Source of the DNA: Octopus sinensis
Taxonomy: Eukaryota
Direction of reading: 5' to 3'
Assembly: GCF_006345805.1 (NCBI RefSeq)
Contig: NW_021831989.1
Location: 1-64,000 of the forward strand
Length of the DNA: 64,000 bases
The position numbers were made by a program, and so were the translations under genes. This document shows positions 26,306 to 41,769 of this stretch, in pieces. The notes below the pieces were generated by a model, which worked only from the letters and a program-made list of their open reading frames with translations, had not been told where the DNA came from and made no database searches. Position 1 is the stretch's first letter; each line of letters begins with the position of its first letter.

Positions 26306-27039
26306 TCATCTCAGAGATTTAAAGAATCCAGACTTGTTTCTTGACGAATGTACAGTGGGCGACCCTCCCGAAAGTCGTTTTCTCTCCTTTTGAGATATTC
26401 CAGTTTGTTGAGAGAACTTGAAGGCAATGTCCTTCTTTACTCGACGGTGAGAGAAGAAGGACAATTGAACGGCCACATCAAACAAAACTTTAATGTTATT
26501 CTGGGTCAGAGCTGAGCACTCTACGTATGAACGGGCTCCGATTTGTTTGGCCAACTCACGACCCTCCTTTTCCGAAATTGTATCTCCCTTTCCTCCCGAG
26601 AGGAGGTCACAATGAGTCCCAACAAGTACAATTGGAATAGTCCGAGAACCAAGTCGGGGACTCCAACAGGACTTGATTTTTTCAAAACTATCTCGATTGA
26701 GCAAGTCGAAGCACAAAAGTATTACATCACACAACTGGATTGTGCTGGAGTGGAAATGCATGCTATCAGGCTACAACTAAATAAGCACATTTACGTTGCC
26801 CGACGTGTCGTAAATCTCCAGCTTCAGCTTATCTCCGAAATACTCAACACACACTGAAATCGAATTTAATCACTACTTGAATAAGTGTCTAGAGAAGTAG
26901 GATTATAATTTTTGTGGAAGTAATGTTTGGCATAGCTCAAAATGAGACAAGTTTTACCGACTCGACTTTCGCCAAACAGTCCAATTCTTACAAAAGGAAT
27001 GTTTCCTGATTGTTCATTGCCTGATTGACCATTCTTCAT
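26306..27039 (-). CDS. Atypical Rho-family GTPase
   Basis: G1 GESRVGKT, G3 DTSGN, G4 VGTHCDL, G5 YVECSAL; introns of 23 and 24 nt. Confidence 0.85.
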
Positions 27040-27755
27040 GTGCAAAAACAATAGTTTTATCGGTATTTGCGGTCCCAGACAAGACTTAAATTGTTATTCA
27101 AATGCCAAGGAAACGGCGATTGATATGTTAAGTAATCGGCAGACCTGACGATAGAATGAGCGTTAATGTATTGTTCACAGTTCGCTCGATAAAACAGAAC
27201 AAAACAAGTATTCAATAAATTCAAACAATTCAAAATTCATTGATTTCCACGATTTTATGAATGAATGAGCTCAGAATTTATCATCTTTCAAAAAACACAT
27301 TTTACTGTCCTTCTAAAAGTTTATCCTTTCTCTTTGACTTATTTTTTGATATTGGGATAGAAAAGAGATACCAGGCCACATGTTTAACACATTACTAGCA
27401 TTCTCGCTTGAGAAATACCTGCTACTGTGAAGGAAAGATATTTAGTTCCACAGATTATAATTGACCCCATTAATGTCAAAAAGCATTATTTTAATGTAAG
27501 GATTTCTATTTAGGTCAATTATGTAAAACCAGAGAGTGATACAAATTAGTTGATATTGATTTACACTCTTCTCTATAATTTAGTGGTGGCATATTTGTGG
27601 TTAAATAAAATGATTAGTTCGTTAAAATAATATGTCTATAATAATAATTATTGCATAAATAATTTTATATTTAAAATATTCAAGTGTGTCCCAATACACT
27701 CATGTTTGCACTTTGTCCAATTACGACTCAACTTTAGAACGAATTTGTATTTTGG

Positions 27756-29709
27756 ATGTTAAAGAATGTTCAGATGACAATCTACTGGATAAAACTGAGA
27801 AAGCTCCTCACATTAAGGTGAATGACCTTAAAAACATAATAGAAACGCCATTATAGCATGTCTCTGCATATGTCTACTAATGGTCACGATATATTTGACA
27901 AGAAATGATTCAAACAACAAAAAGAGTCTCCCAAGTATAATTGGCGGAGTCAGTTAATAGTCATCAACGCACTTTTGATGGACGAAATAAACAAATTCAA
28001 ACTTAGAATATCGACAGGGGACATTTATTATTTCACGGATATTGCCGACTCTTCATATTCACCATTCCTGGGTGTGTGGTGTGAGTATATCTCAGGGAAT
28101 GGATATATTGGCATACACTTCGACAACAGTGAAAGTTGTCTTTACTATTCAATGGACGGACACACTGGAATGGACTCCCTCCAAGTAAATCCACTCTTCC
28201 GACCGAGGGAGACTCCTGGTTTGGACTCCCTCTAATCATAGGGATATATTTCATGGACTTTGCGGAAGGTTGTTTGCGACTGTTCTACAGTTACCCACGG
28301 ATGGTCGATTATTTCATATAGTTTAGGAAGGAGTTGTGGTCCGGGAGATCCTGTTGGTCCATCGAGGATATCGAGAGGCCATTCTCCAAGAGTTCCAAGT
28401 CGAGAACGACTCGGTCTGTGGGATTGGGTCATCCTTTAGGAGAAGGACATCAAAATTGAACTTGACTTTCCATTCATTGAAGGGGATCTTGATGGCTCGA
28501 TTGACTTGGAGGATTATGTTGCTTTTGTCATTCCAGATTACGATAATTGCATTTTTATCCGTTCCAAGACAAACACAATATCAGCTTCCCCTAAAAAGTA
28601 ATTTATTTGTGCTATGGGAGGACAACCAGCGTGATTTTTGTCTCGTTTTTTGCATGTAATGAAGAGAAGAGACCCTTCACTCAACCAGAAGCACACCTGA
28701 TGATCAGACAAGCCCTCAATTCCTCCTCTTCTTCGGACACATTTTATAATAGACACTTTTCTATATGGAAAGAAGTACTGTTGATAATAAAATATGAGAG
28801 CACGCGTGTGAATGTGGCCCTCAGTCCTTCCAAGGCGCCCAAATCCATCAACACTGGATTGATAAAAGCCACCTCATATTATATTCTAAGTATGGCCAAA
28901 ATAAGGAAGACTGGTGAGAAACAAGGCTCCTTTTCCCACGATATGGTCGGCTGTTATTCTGGACCCCCAACTCTGTTTTTTGTGTGAATGATTCTTTAGT
29001 TTTGTTCCTTCCTTGTGGTCTCGTGATTTGTCGAGTATTGAACATATTTTTGACACAAGTCATGTTTGGTTGATCACCCTGGCCAATGGAGGGTGTCTGA
29101 AATCACTCGAGACTGCCCGTGGAGTGGCCGCCTCGTTCATTCTCAGCATCGCCTCTCTTAAATTGACACACCAGCATCTTGAAATGAATATTTCACCGAG
29201 CCATCTCCACAGAGAAATGATCTTCAACAACGTGGAGTACTCTGACAATCTAATAAATATTAAAATCGCACTCTCCCACGATAATAGGCCCGTTCTGTAT
29301 GTTTGTACTATTCGTGGAAACACTCCACTTTTTGTTTGTGGAGGTGCCTGTCTTCCTCCTCCGAATAAAATTGAGTTTGTCCTCAGTGGGTGATTTGTTT
29401 AGTTCAAATTGGCAGTTACTGTCTGTAAAGCAGACAATCCCCGAGTCGGCGATTTTATACATATCTCCTGATTTACACCACATAAACACTCTCACACGAG
29501 CTATTCATGTTGAATCAGTCAGAGACGGTTTTATACGTAGATTGACATTTCTAGCACCTTCGCACGATTCGGGGATCATAACTATGCATAGACATGGCAG
29601 TGTGTTTGGAGATTTACCGGCGACGTTTTGGAGTATTGTGTTTATCGTAGTTTTCATTCCCCACTTTGCCCTTGCAGTTTGCCTTTATAGAGAATTTGTT
29701 TACAAGTAG
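27756..29709 (+). CDS. KIAA2013: KIAA2013/DUF2152 membrane protein, multi-exon
   Basis: N-terminal TM segment; ATSYYILS, CYSG..TL, WLITL..GGC, LYISPD..H and C-terminal LPATFW..PHF..LYREF TM segment. Confidence 0.8.
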
Positions 29710-30872
29710 TCCTTGTGACCATTTTTGATAAATTTGTGACTTTTTCCTTGGTTTTAACGATATAAAAATGTTTTGTAAGGTCGAATATTAAAAGATGTAG
29801 ATGAGAATAGTTCCATCTTTGGTTTGTTGGATTTGTTCTAATTCAACAAGTAGTTTGCTAATTTAAATTGTGTACTTTGAGCATTGAAAATGTGGATGGA
29901 GATTAAATTAGTTAATGCTGAGTGAAATAGAACACTATAAACAGGTTTATGAAGAAATAAAGAATACTTATTTTTCACTCGGAACCATCCATTAATTTGA
30001 TAATAAATTGATTGGGAAAATATTTGTTGTTCCTTTAGAACCAATAATCCGAACATCTTAGAAGTGACTTTTGATATGCAGTTCTGATAACATACTCCAC
30101 ATGTGGTTGATTGTGAATAGCATTGGGATCACGTGATTAATATGTTTTGTTTTTACCGTCGTCTCAGTGTTACAAAAAGTGTTGGAAATGAAATAATAAG
30201 AAAAGGGTTAGTATAAGCGTGTAGTTTAATGAATCCTTTCCCTTGGCACTTTGGGGAATTATTATTTCATCAACCTTCATTAATTCCCCAAACAACAGGG
30301 TTAGGTGTTGGAAGGTTCAATAAATTGTTTTAAAAGATTTTAGAAGCAGAAAAAATGTCTTGTTTACTCCAATGAAGACTTGATGATTTCTAATTTTGAT
30401 AAGCAGCTTTCTGTGATGTGTATTCCCAGATTTTGAATCTTATTGCATTATATATTTTTACGTTTATGATAAATAAAGAATAGCTTAATGTTATTTTAGG
30501 GTCATTTATTAGAGCTCATATGATGTTAAACGATATTCGAGAATTTTAGTTGCTTGACCTTAGGGTGATTTTGTTGTATTGATAGGACTATGTAAGTATT
30601 TTCATTTTGAAATGCATTAGCATTAGAGACTCATTTGACAAATATATTTTGGGCAACATTTACCCTGAAAGCTATTATCAGATGTAAACGAAAATTGAGG
30701 AAAATGCCGAAACTACCCTGGAATAATGCTCGAGAGTGTAATAATTTGAGTAAGGTGATTAGTGGTCATTAAGAATGAGAATTTTCAAGACAATGGAAAC
30801 CTCATTAATTTTGGGTTCCAAATATGGAAACGATTTATGATAGAATAAAAGGAAATATTTTTTGCGGGAATG

Positions 30873-32076
<1,204 letters not shown>

Positions 32077-33497
32077 TTCCAATCTATATAACTAATATTA
32101 CTTACAAAAACTAATAAAGGCCTTAATTATGCATCTGTGACGATTTTCGTGTTTAGAATGACAAGAATGTCAATTTTTATTTCGCGACAATGTTCACAAT
32201 GAAAATCATCCGAAAGAAAATGAGTTCAGTTACTAATAAACAATACTCAAAAAGAAATCATATGTGGTTTTTTGATCGAATGATGACACCCATTTGCTCG
32301 CTTAAATAGATTTTTGTGGAGTATTTATAGCAGTATTACCAATCTAGCACTCACGCAAACTGCCTATTCTGGAGTGATCGAACTTCCGTCAGCAGGTGTA
32401 ATCAATTTTGTGGATGTCATTACTTGATTAATCAAATTGAGGATATAACAAAGGTAACTTTATAATTAATTGGATCGACTCGTTTTAGATAAAACGTATT
32501 CACATTTTCATACACAAATATCTTATAGATTATGAAAGAAAAGAGTAATGAAGTGTTGTTTGCGCATGTTCAGTGGATAAAGATGGATAGTCTCCGAACA
32601 GTTAGTGGATTATCCTTCCGTGTTATAGTGAAGTTAATAGATAAAGTTACCTCTCTAATATTTTCTCTCCAACTTTAGGGAAGTAATTAAATCTGGTAAA
32701 CAATCCATCAATATATTGAAGTTTTAACATTTGTAATTAATTAAATATATTTCCTAAGGGGACACCAATTTTCCGTGTTAATTCCAGCACCACAAAAAGT
32801 GCCAATTATGGCCAAACAGAATCGATCGTTTAATCAATTGGCGATTTGCCGTTCATTTAAAACGCCGTGTTACTAATCGACGTTAATTCGCCATTTCCCT
32901 GTCTTTTAAACGGTTAGTCGCGATTCCTTTATTATGCCTGTCCTCCGAGGTCTAAATTTGACTTTTCTGGGCAGTTGGTTGTGCTCTGATTAGCGGAAGG
33001 AATGACGTGCTTGTTGCCAGGCTGTTCATTCTCATGTTGTGGCGACATCTGTTGTTTTAGAATGGACCTCCAACAAGCACAGGACAAATTCCTGGACATT
33101 GTCTCTCAGCTACCAAACTACATTCGACCAATGTTCGTGTTGTGGACTGAGTACAAATTGGCCGAGTTCAAGACCACGTCGTCCATAACAGAAGGTTCAA
33201 GTGACCTACTCCATTTCGATAGGCCAAGACGATTTTAAGCGTTGGAGGACGTCCATCTTCTGCGGACTCCTCACGGAATCAATGCACTCTCACCAGGAAC
33301 TTCCAGAAAAAAAACTGGATGACCCAAATAAAATTATGACTCCAGAATTCAACATTACGTGCCAAACCACGGAGACGATTCCTGAGCAAATCCTGCCACT
33401 GAGGGAATTTAAATTGGGTGATAAAATGATCCTTTCCCCTAACAATGTATTTGTATGAGGAGCATATGTCTAGACATCTTTCTCGAAGAATCATTCT

Positions 33498-33698
33498 TTG
33501 AAGAGAAGAGGTAATGACAGTTCACGGAGGGTGACTGCCAAATACCGAGTAATCCAATTCCCGGAAGACGTTTATGTTACCGAAGACAAGCTGATGTGTC
33601 TTTTTTGCGATCAAGTGCTGGACTATCGTCGACTCGATTCGGTCAAGGATCATATTCGGTCAAAGAAACACTCAATCAACAAAACTAAATCCATCTAA
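33498..33698 (+). mobile_element. CGGBP1-like BED zinc finger, probable hAT-derived transposase N-terminus
   Basis: RVIQFPEDVYVTEDKLMCLFCDQVLDYRRLDSVKDHIRSKKH. Confidence 0.7.
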
Positions 33699-34099
33699 AG
33701 AAACAATGAATTTATCGGAAATTTATTCGAATAATAACTAATATTTAGTTTTGCAATTGACCTCTTTTAATGATGTTTTATTTTTTTATTTTATTTAAAC
33801 ACCAAGACAAAGGTAATTGGACCGTGCATATTATGATGTCAACATGTCGTTCCCATCTCGCGGCAGGGCAATTAATAATAAGACCACGGTCGAAACCGGA
33901 CAACTAGTTACGTGAACCTGATGCACTTCTCAGGGACTTCCTCGCTCAGTGATCATTCCACGAGCCCACAGAAGATCGCACGGGGCAATCTGGAGTTCTA
34001 CTTATTCAATTCTCCAGAGGAGTTGGTCTGGAACGTTTTTATTATAGGACCAGCGTTCTGTTAAACTGTATGCTTTTAGTTTGGGATCCCTGATTCTCC

Positions 34100-34860
34100 T
34101 CCTGTTGGTCCCCATGATGCGCAGGCGTAGGAGATGGACGGTTCAACTGAGTGAGAGCCGTTTCTCCTTAATCCTATAAACTTCTCAGCACGTTTGTTTT
34201 CTGTTTGCATTTCCAAAGTGTGTTGTCGGCAAGAGGAGAAAGCAAGGATGCATGTCGAGAGTCACTCTTAGGACTGTCTAGTTTTTGTTGAACGGTATGA
34301 CCACATTTTTCAGCTTCAAAGGGACTGTCTTTCTTTATCAGATGTGAAAAGGAACGTAGCGGACTTTGCAGCGTTTAAAATAAGTCGGTTATCAGTTAGC
34401 CAGATGTTGAAACGATCCAATTTAGCTTGTAGCCTTTCAGAGGCCCTTTAGATGTTCCGATCCCGTGAAGCAAACACAATTTCATCCGCATAAGACAAGA
34501 TGACATCATTCTTGTCGGTAGGGGGCGGGAGATCATCCAGGTCTTAATGCATTCACCGTAATCTTCCAATAAGCTTGTTACTGTTCTCAACATATAGATT
34601 AGCTTTGGGATAGATAGGCAATTCCTAGTAGAAAAAGTCAGATGTGGGTGTGTGGACTGGCCCCAGAGAGTCGCCTGTTGAACTCCACTTGCAGACTGAG
34701 TAATGGATGTTCCCAAAATGAGTGCAGGAGGCTTAGATTAGGGCAGGCAGTAGATCGGCAGAGTATTTGGAATTTTTTGGGGCAGGCTTCAATGATACAA
34801 TTTATTCTTACGGAATTTAATGCGTTCCTCAGTCAATTATTGCCAACGAGGAAGTGAACA
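34100..34860 (-). mobile_element. Internally deleted CRE-like RT fragment
   Basis: RNALNSVR, SGVQQ-(G)DSLGP with a frameshift, joined to CLSIPKLIYMLRT. Confidence 0.65.
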
Positions 34861-35139
34861 CATGCAGAGCATAAAATTAAGTTTTGCTGCTTTCCAGAAC
34901 TCTAACTCCGAGTTATGTTGACAGAAAGTATGGCAGGAATGCCTCGAATCTGATTGCTATTTTGGCGGCGATTTTTAAAAAATCTTCCCAAGGGCAGTCC
35001 GACGGATTAGAGTCAGTATAATTTGAAATTTATACCTATCGAATTTTTTTACATAAAGAACTAAAGACAATTAATGGCTTAGACATGCATAAAATAACGT
35101 TCAACTCAACTAAAGAAAAAAATATTTAGAATCCTTAAC

Positions 35140-36060
35140 TTTTTCCTGAGAAGAGACATCAATGCCTATGACTTGGTTAAAAGAAACAAATTGCTGAAAA
35201 AGTTTATTGACGAATCGAGTCAAAGAATGACTCAAATCTTTCTTTTAGCGGAGTTGAAAAAACCTATTTAAGGAAATTTGAAACAAATACAGGCACTCCT
35301 CAGGGAAATTTGGACTTATTTCCGCTACTATTCACAATATACTCGAAGACAGCTATGAGGGAACTGAGACCATTATACCAAGGAAAAATAGAAGAAGCGA
35401 TTTATGCTGATGATGTCGACCTAATCTCTGAATACGAAGAACTCTTTAGAAATGTACTGAAAAAAGCTGTACTAGAAAAACACCAGATATACTTGGGAAA
35501 TGGTTTCTCACCGTGAACGGGGAAAAACAAAACGAACAGAAATAAGACGAATAAATAACCCACTCGAAGTAAGAAACTTGGCTCTCAATTAAAAAACAGT
35601 GAAGATATTATACGAAAAAAATCCTGTAAACGCAGCATCACACAAGCAAAAAATCTATGGTTAAAACAAAAAGGAATAACATAAAGCAGAGGATAATGCT
35701 ATACGACGCATTTATCAAAACTACGGCACCTTAGAAGGGAAATTGAAGAGACTAGACTCGTTTCACGGGAATCATCTAAGAAACATAACTGGAATGTCCT
35801 GGCTATCCAGGATCTCTCGGAGTAGACTGTACAACAAGTGTGACTGTACGCCAATAAGTCACCAGATCATTAGCTCTCGTTGGAAACTTTTTGGACACGT
35901 CCTGAGGTTAGACCCGAAATCCCCTGAATATCGCAATTGAAGATTATTCCTCCTCTAATGTAAACCCTCTTGCTCGTTTTACAAAATGATCCAAAAACCA
36001 TGAGAAAATCGTTGGCCCCTAGTGACGATCTGGACTCTCTGAGGAATCTAGGTAAAAACA
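35140..36060 (+). pseudogene. Decayed RTE-like LINE
   Basis: TGTPQG..PLLFTIY, IYADDVDLI, RLDSFHGNHLRNI and SRWKLFGHVLR. Confidence 0.8.
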
Positions 36061-37234
36061 GAAGCGTTTGGAGTAGCCTAACTAGATTTCTGATAATTTT
36101 TGCTGCACATATAAGCTATAAATGTTCTGGCTTTCGTGAAAGTGTTAATAATAAAAGAAGAGACATTTCTAGGTATTAGGGCTGACAAAAACAAAAAGTA
36201 CTTTTCAAATGGAGAATATCACATATTAGACAAAAGACTTTCCATTTTTAAAAGGTAACATAATCATCGGATCTGGAAGTTTTCCACCGTCCCTGCAAAT
36301 CCAATGAAAAAAGTTCTTTTGACGTAAACAAAGGTAAATGACGTTAACACTAATGTAAACGGAGCCGTCTTAGAGTAATAGTCCAGTGGTAAAAATCGGA
36401 AAGACGTTCAAACAATTCCCAAACTGAGACTTCTATGTGATAGAATAAGATATCAGGTCGAGCTGATCGGATCGGTAGTGTATTTACACAAGTTAATGAT
36501 CACAGACAAAAATCTCCTAATTCTTCTGTTTTGATGTCTCTTCCAGGGTTCGATAGGCAGGAGACGGGATCTAAGATTGTATTGGCGAATAAAACTGACT
36601 CCGTACAAAGTTTCAGACGGAAAAGAGAAGATAAATAACACGGCACAAATTACCAAAAATAAATACAAGTTGTTAAGTTTCAAGAATTATTTAGCTAATT
36701 GGAATAAATAGACAAAGAGAAACATGAAAAATCTATGGCAAACTACTACCTAACGTGTGACAAAAATTTCAAAATTAATGGCTGGATTTGTGTTGAGACG
36801 GCACCAAAGGGAATTGAATTTTCATAATGAACATTTATTCTGCAAAAGTTAATCCAACATGAGAATTCCAAAAGTGTGACTACTATCGGACTTAAGAAAT
36901 CTAAATCTTTCATGATTGTATTCGAACAGAAAAACTTTAAAATTAAAAATTTATACTATTAAATTTATATTGTTAAAATTTCATATTTTCCTATTACAAA
37001 TTTAAAGATGGATTACCTGACACTTATAAAAATAGTACTCTATAATTATTAAACAATTTTTGACAAATTTTATAGCTTACGTCATTAAATATTACCTGTC
37101 ATAATATCCAAAAATGTCGTAAAATTATCCACAAATTACAAAAAGGACATTAAATTTATTAATTGCAAAACATTTACGTTATTGTGAGTCTATAATTGTG
37201 AGTAAAAGTGAGTGTTTTTATATTTAAACTAATT

Positions 37235-37987
37235 CTACATCTGAGGAATTCTTTTTCTTTTGCTATTAATAATAATACGAGAAAGGAAACTTATAGTGAA
37301 ATCCCAGAACAATTCCTACAACCACTAATGCAAGTAGTGCCAAAGGGAGTGCTATTTTTATAGCTTTGTTGCTTTCTAAAAAATTAAAAAACATGCGATT
37401 AATAAACATACGGCGATTTGAAGATTCCTGAGATTCTGAAGGTTTATTTGTGTTTTGTGTAGAGGTTGATTGTATCGTTGATTTTACAGTCGTTGGAACG
37501 GTGTCTGAAAAATTAAAACTTTTAATTTACCCTTTTCGCAAATATAGAATTCGTCGTTCCATAGCGAATTTGTCCACAATCCAGTTTTAGGAACGATCTT
37601 TGCCAAATATCCAGGAGTTAAATTAATCCGTCCCCAATTTGAATAAGTCTAATCAGTTATTTTATGAACAGACAATTTTTTTAGATGTCCGTAGACTAAT
37701 AAATTTGGTAGTTGCACGATATACTCCAATAAGATGCTCTTTTGTAATAGATTCTATTTTTAGCCAAATAGAAATATACTAGCAATAAAGTCATTTTCGG
37801 CACTATCGTCTATCTCCAAAGGATATGCTCCAAGTTGTTCACACAATTTGTTATAATTGCCTGATTTCAAAGATGTATTAGACATATAGTATATATGGCC
37901 TTTGTATTCGAGTTTGGCTGCATCAACTTTTGATGAGACAAATATTGCTAATTCAAAAATGGTAAGAATTGGCATTGGCAAAATCAT
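37235..37987 (-). CDS. Type I membrane C-type-lectin-domain protein
   Basis: Signal peptide; LCEQLGAYPLEIDDSAENDFI, YSNW, FYICEK; S/T-rich stalk, TM segment and KRKR; introns of 25-28 nt. Confidence 0.7.
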
Positions 37988-38799
37988 AATTTTTAAAACT
38001 CCACTAATTTTTTAATATTTTTTGATTTATATACGAATAGTGAATGTCGTCATTAATTTTAGTACAAATCATTTTACGAAAAAAATTTGTTGAGCTAAAC
38101 CTTTTCGGAGTATCACAGACTCTAAAAAAGGAAGAAGAAGAGGGGGAAAATATGTCAGTACCACCCCATGCTTACTCTGGATTTTGAACTTGACAAATTA
38201 AGTGATCCTGAAAACCCTGAATAAGTTTTTTTTACACTCTTGACTTTCGTGGCCCACACACCTCAGTATATGCCAAGAAAAAAAATTTTGAAGTTGCTTT
38301 GTAAGTTTTTTGGATGGTAGTTTTGTTGAATTTTTTATTCAAAATATACTCTTGCAAGACGTGAGTGGAATTATGATATGTGTCACAACAGTGACAGCGT
38401 TAAAAAATTACGTTTGTCTAATGGCCCATACAGAGTACAACTTAAGATGATACAGAGTAAAGCTTACTGAAATTTTTTTTTGAATGGCAAGACGTGGATA
38501 TTTTGAAAATTATAGTTTCGACTAAATAAAAGCTGAACATTTTATTCTCATTTTCGGAAAGCTATATCTGCGAAATACTAATCGACTCCTCAAGCTTGTT
38601 ATAGCTTTAATACCCACAAAAGAAATGAAAATCATTCCTGAATAAATCCACGAAACAAACCATTGTGGGCATAATGGTCTGGATGCACTTTGCAGAATGA
38701 AATTTTTCGTAATTAAGCGAAACATCATTCGTAAGTCGTGTCATCGCTTAGAAAGACTGAAAACGAGAACCAAGAAGGTCTCAACTATTGCCCTGGGAG

Positions 38800-39450
38800 A
38801 TTTTTCTTATTTCCTTCAACAAATTAGAGTTTTGGATAGGATCCCATCTATTGCATCAAACTCCGCTCATGCAAGTCTTTCAGAGGACTGCTGAGCTCTA
38901 GGCAGTTTGATGGAAAATCGTCTGGTCTTGAGCTTGGCGGTTAGACGGTTCCTTTTGTTCATTTGATACCATCTGCGTCAACATGTAGTTTGTAGGAATC
39001 AGTGATGTCTACTGTTAACTCTAATTAGTGTAGGTTCCACGATGTAATTAGAGTCCCATAATCTTTGAACGTCTTTTTTGTCTCGGCCAATCAAAATCCT
39101 ATAAATAGTGCTTTTGTCCCGTGCGAGATTTAAACCTTTATCCCTGCAACATATTTCTAGTTCCTCCAGGTACGGTTCAAGTTTGCTCAGTGTCGGGATT
39201 CCCACAGCGAAACATCCGTAACTAAGATGTCGTCGGCGTAGATGATTAGTCTTCTTGTCAAAAAGGGGGTTTGGTACATCTGACAGGAATAAATTGAAGA
39301 GCAGAGGCCTGAGAACTGATCCCTGGACACCTCTCCTGAGATTCACAGACTTTGATAACAGATTTTTACATCAAGGCACAGACTTTTCTCTGACAGGAAA
39401 CATTCCAGTCATTTTACGTTTTTCTACCCAGCACCAGATCACAATATAGA
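38800..39450 (-). mobile_element. Decayed I/Jockey-like RT fragment
   Basis: GVQGSVLRPLLFNLFLSD, with a frameshifted YADD. Confidence 0.7.
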
Positions 39451-39719
39451 ACTCATCAAAATAGTAAATTAGTGAATAATAAAGTAAAGTCTTTCATATC
39501 CGCCAAAAACGATATAATGTGGCGATATTCCATGAATACTGCCAAACATTGTCACTTTGTCCTGTCCGTAAATTAATTTGACGTTGAGACTTTAAAAGCA
39601 CAGTCGTTTGATATTTTATTTGTCGTATCTCCATTTTCTTTTTTTAATAATTTTTTGTCAGCAATAATGAAATTTTGTAATGCACTTTCTTCTACCTCTG
39701 ATAATTCTATCGAATCATA

Positions 39720-40090
39720 GCTAAAAGTTGCTCCATTTCCCCTTCATCGATTCTTCCATAAATATGTAACATTTACAGCAAATCCCAAAATTCTTTTCCA
39801 TTATCAGTGTGTATAACAAGCGGAGGCCCGACTTAATACAAAATTCTTTGGAATAAATCTGTCATTTCTGCACAAGATTGGCGACCCTTCAAGCATTACA
39901 TATTTTGAAAAAGAATCCACAATAGAGATTTCTCAATTTCGATAAAAGGCGGTCTCTCCCAAAGTGGTTATGTTCCGCCTGACTTTGTTAAGTTGCACCT
40001 CAACGCACTTAAGCTTTAATTCGAGTTCATCTTCACATACAAATTTACCCCATTCTTTAGAAATATGTTTTTTCATTTTCAAAATATAAA
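39720..40090 (-). mobile_element. rve integrase remnant (Ginger/retroviral-like)
   Basis: HNHFGRDRL, IVDSFSKY and GPPLVIHTDNGKEF across frameshifts. Confidence 0.7.
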
Positions 40091-40330
40091 TTCATCTCCA
40101 ATTTCGTGAGCCTGTATCGTTCATGTAGCTTGATTAACCATGCATCAAAGTTGGGGTCCTCATTTATTTGGTTTTTTCAAGTGTTTCTTTATATAGTCAC
40201 GCTACACGCTTTTTAATTAAAAAATACAAATAAATAATGAATTTGATTCACAAAAAGTGACCATTAGTGCAGATTATATTCTGACTGTGGGATAATATAA
40301 TTGGAAAAATAAAATATTTTAATTGAAAAA

Positions 40331-40825
40331 TTAGGCAATCCACTTAAGACAACGAGTCTCCTTATGGGCATCGAAACACGGAATAGAACAATATCGTGAC
40401 CCACAGGCAAGACATTTATATTTTGAAAAAGAACTATCATATCTATGGGAAGAATACCTACAGACACTGCAGAATTGAGCCATCGGGAACCTGGGAGGGG
40501 GCACTAAGGCAGTGTGGTAGTTCACATTGCGTGGACCGACATCCGACTAAGAATAAAGTAAATGGACTACTTCTATTTCTTGTATTTGGGCGAAGGACAA
40601 TTTTAATCTCCAACGAAATATTTCCCCTGATCGGTTTCGCATCTTCCTCCCAATTTTGGATATGCTTAAATCAGCATTTGGGTCTTCAAGAAAATTGTCA
40701 GCCTCCAGAGTTTCTATCATCTTACAACGTCTCTGATTAGTCACATTCTCGTCCAAATTCTTGCATTTTCGACGACTGGTGACTGGGTAATTAATATTAA
40801 GGGTTTTGGGCGAACCTTCATCCAT
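40331..40825 (-). CDS. ZNHIT1: Zinc finger HIT domain protein 1 (SWR1/SRCAP subunit)
   Basis: LEADNFLEDPNA, NYHTALVPPP, and FCSVC..YKCLACGSRYCSIPCFDAHKETRCLKW. Confidence 0.92.
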
Positions 40826-41069
40826 GCTGATTTACCACAGAAAGCAAAATTGTTTTATTTAAGTTTATTTCAAAAAGTAAATTTTTCATATATAAATATC
40901 ATTTTACAAAATGATTTAAATAACAGACGTATCAGACAATTGAACTCACACTCAGCATTATTTCTTCTACAAAGCAGCTTTAAATTTATTGCTTTCAAGT
41001 AAATAATATGAATAAAAAAAGATCACTTATTTGCTACTTTCTTCGCTCTTCTCTATAAAAAAGTACTCG

Positions 41070-41210
41070 TATGGAACGCAATCTGCTGGGATACTTTTTC
41101 TGCCTCACACCGTGTGCTCCGGAGACTAAATCCGCCGCTCAGAAGCCCGAATATACAAAAATGACAAAATACTCCTGCCTTTCGGATAAGTTTTTAGTGT
41201 TGCCAATTTG
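41070..41210 (+). mobile_element. CRE-like REL fragment
   Basis: AICWDTF, AAQKPEYTKMTKYSCL. Confidence 0.55.
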
Positions 41211-41769
41211 TAACACAAAGATATTTCGTACACTATTTGATCTTTTTAAGCATACAATGGATATTTTTGATTATTAGGATTTACTATCAACTCTTTTGAT
41301 AATAGTTTTTTATTTGTAAATTTTCTACACTTTAATGTGTTTCAAACGATTTTACGAAATTATTAGAATTGACACAATAAAGAGAGAAGGAAATAACAAA
41401 AAATTAGCTCAACATGAAAAATATCCAAGGAATTAACAAGAATTAAAAAAGTTTCAACTGCAGTTTTGTAGGATCGCGTTTATCGTGTCAATATTTCGCT
41501 CATGCAAGTCTTGCCCTACTTGTGAGGATTCCAGTGCTTTTTAAAACAATATTTCCGACAGAAGGACGATTTACTCGAAAAAAAACGAATCAAAAAAGCT
41601 CTTTGCTTTTTAAAACAATATTTCCGACATCCTTAGAGTAAATTCTTGGTTGTTCCGCGGAACATTCCCGGCTTTGTTAAAAAATAGCTTTTTCTGTCGT
41701 CTAAAGACCTGCCCTGTAAAATGGATAAGTGTACCCGTCGAAGACATTGTATTCTAATACCGAGTTATT

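Noticed and set aside
32150-32800. Small gene downstream of actin
   Set aside because: Short open stretches exist, but I could not build a consistent spliced model or recognise a motif.
41537-41630. 24-bp direct repeat gctttttaaaacaatatttccgac(a) as a TSD or regulatory array
   Set aside because: There are only two copies around a short AT-rich spacer, which fits a local duplication.
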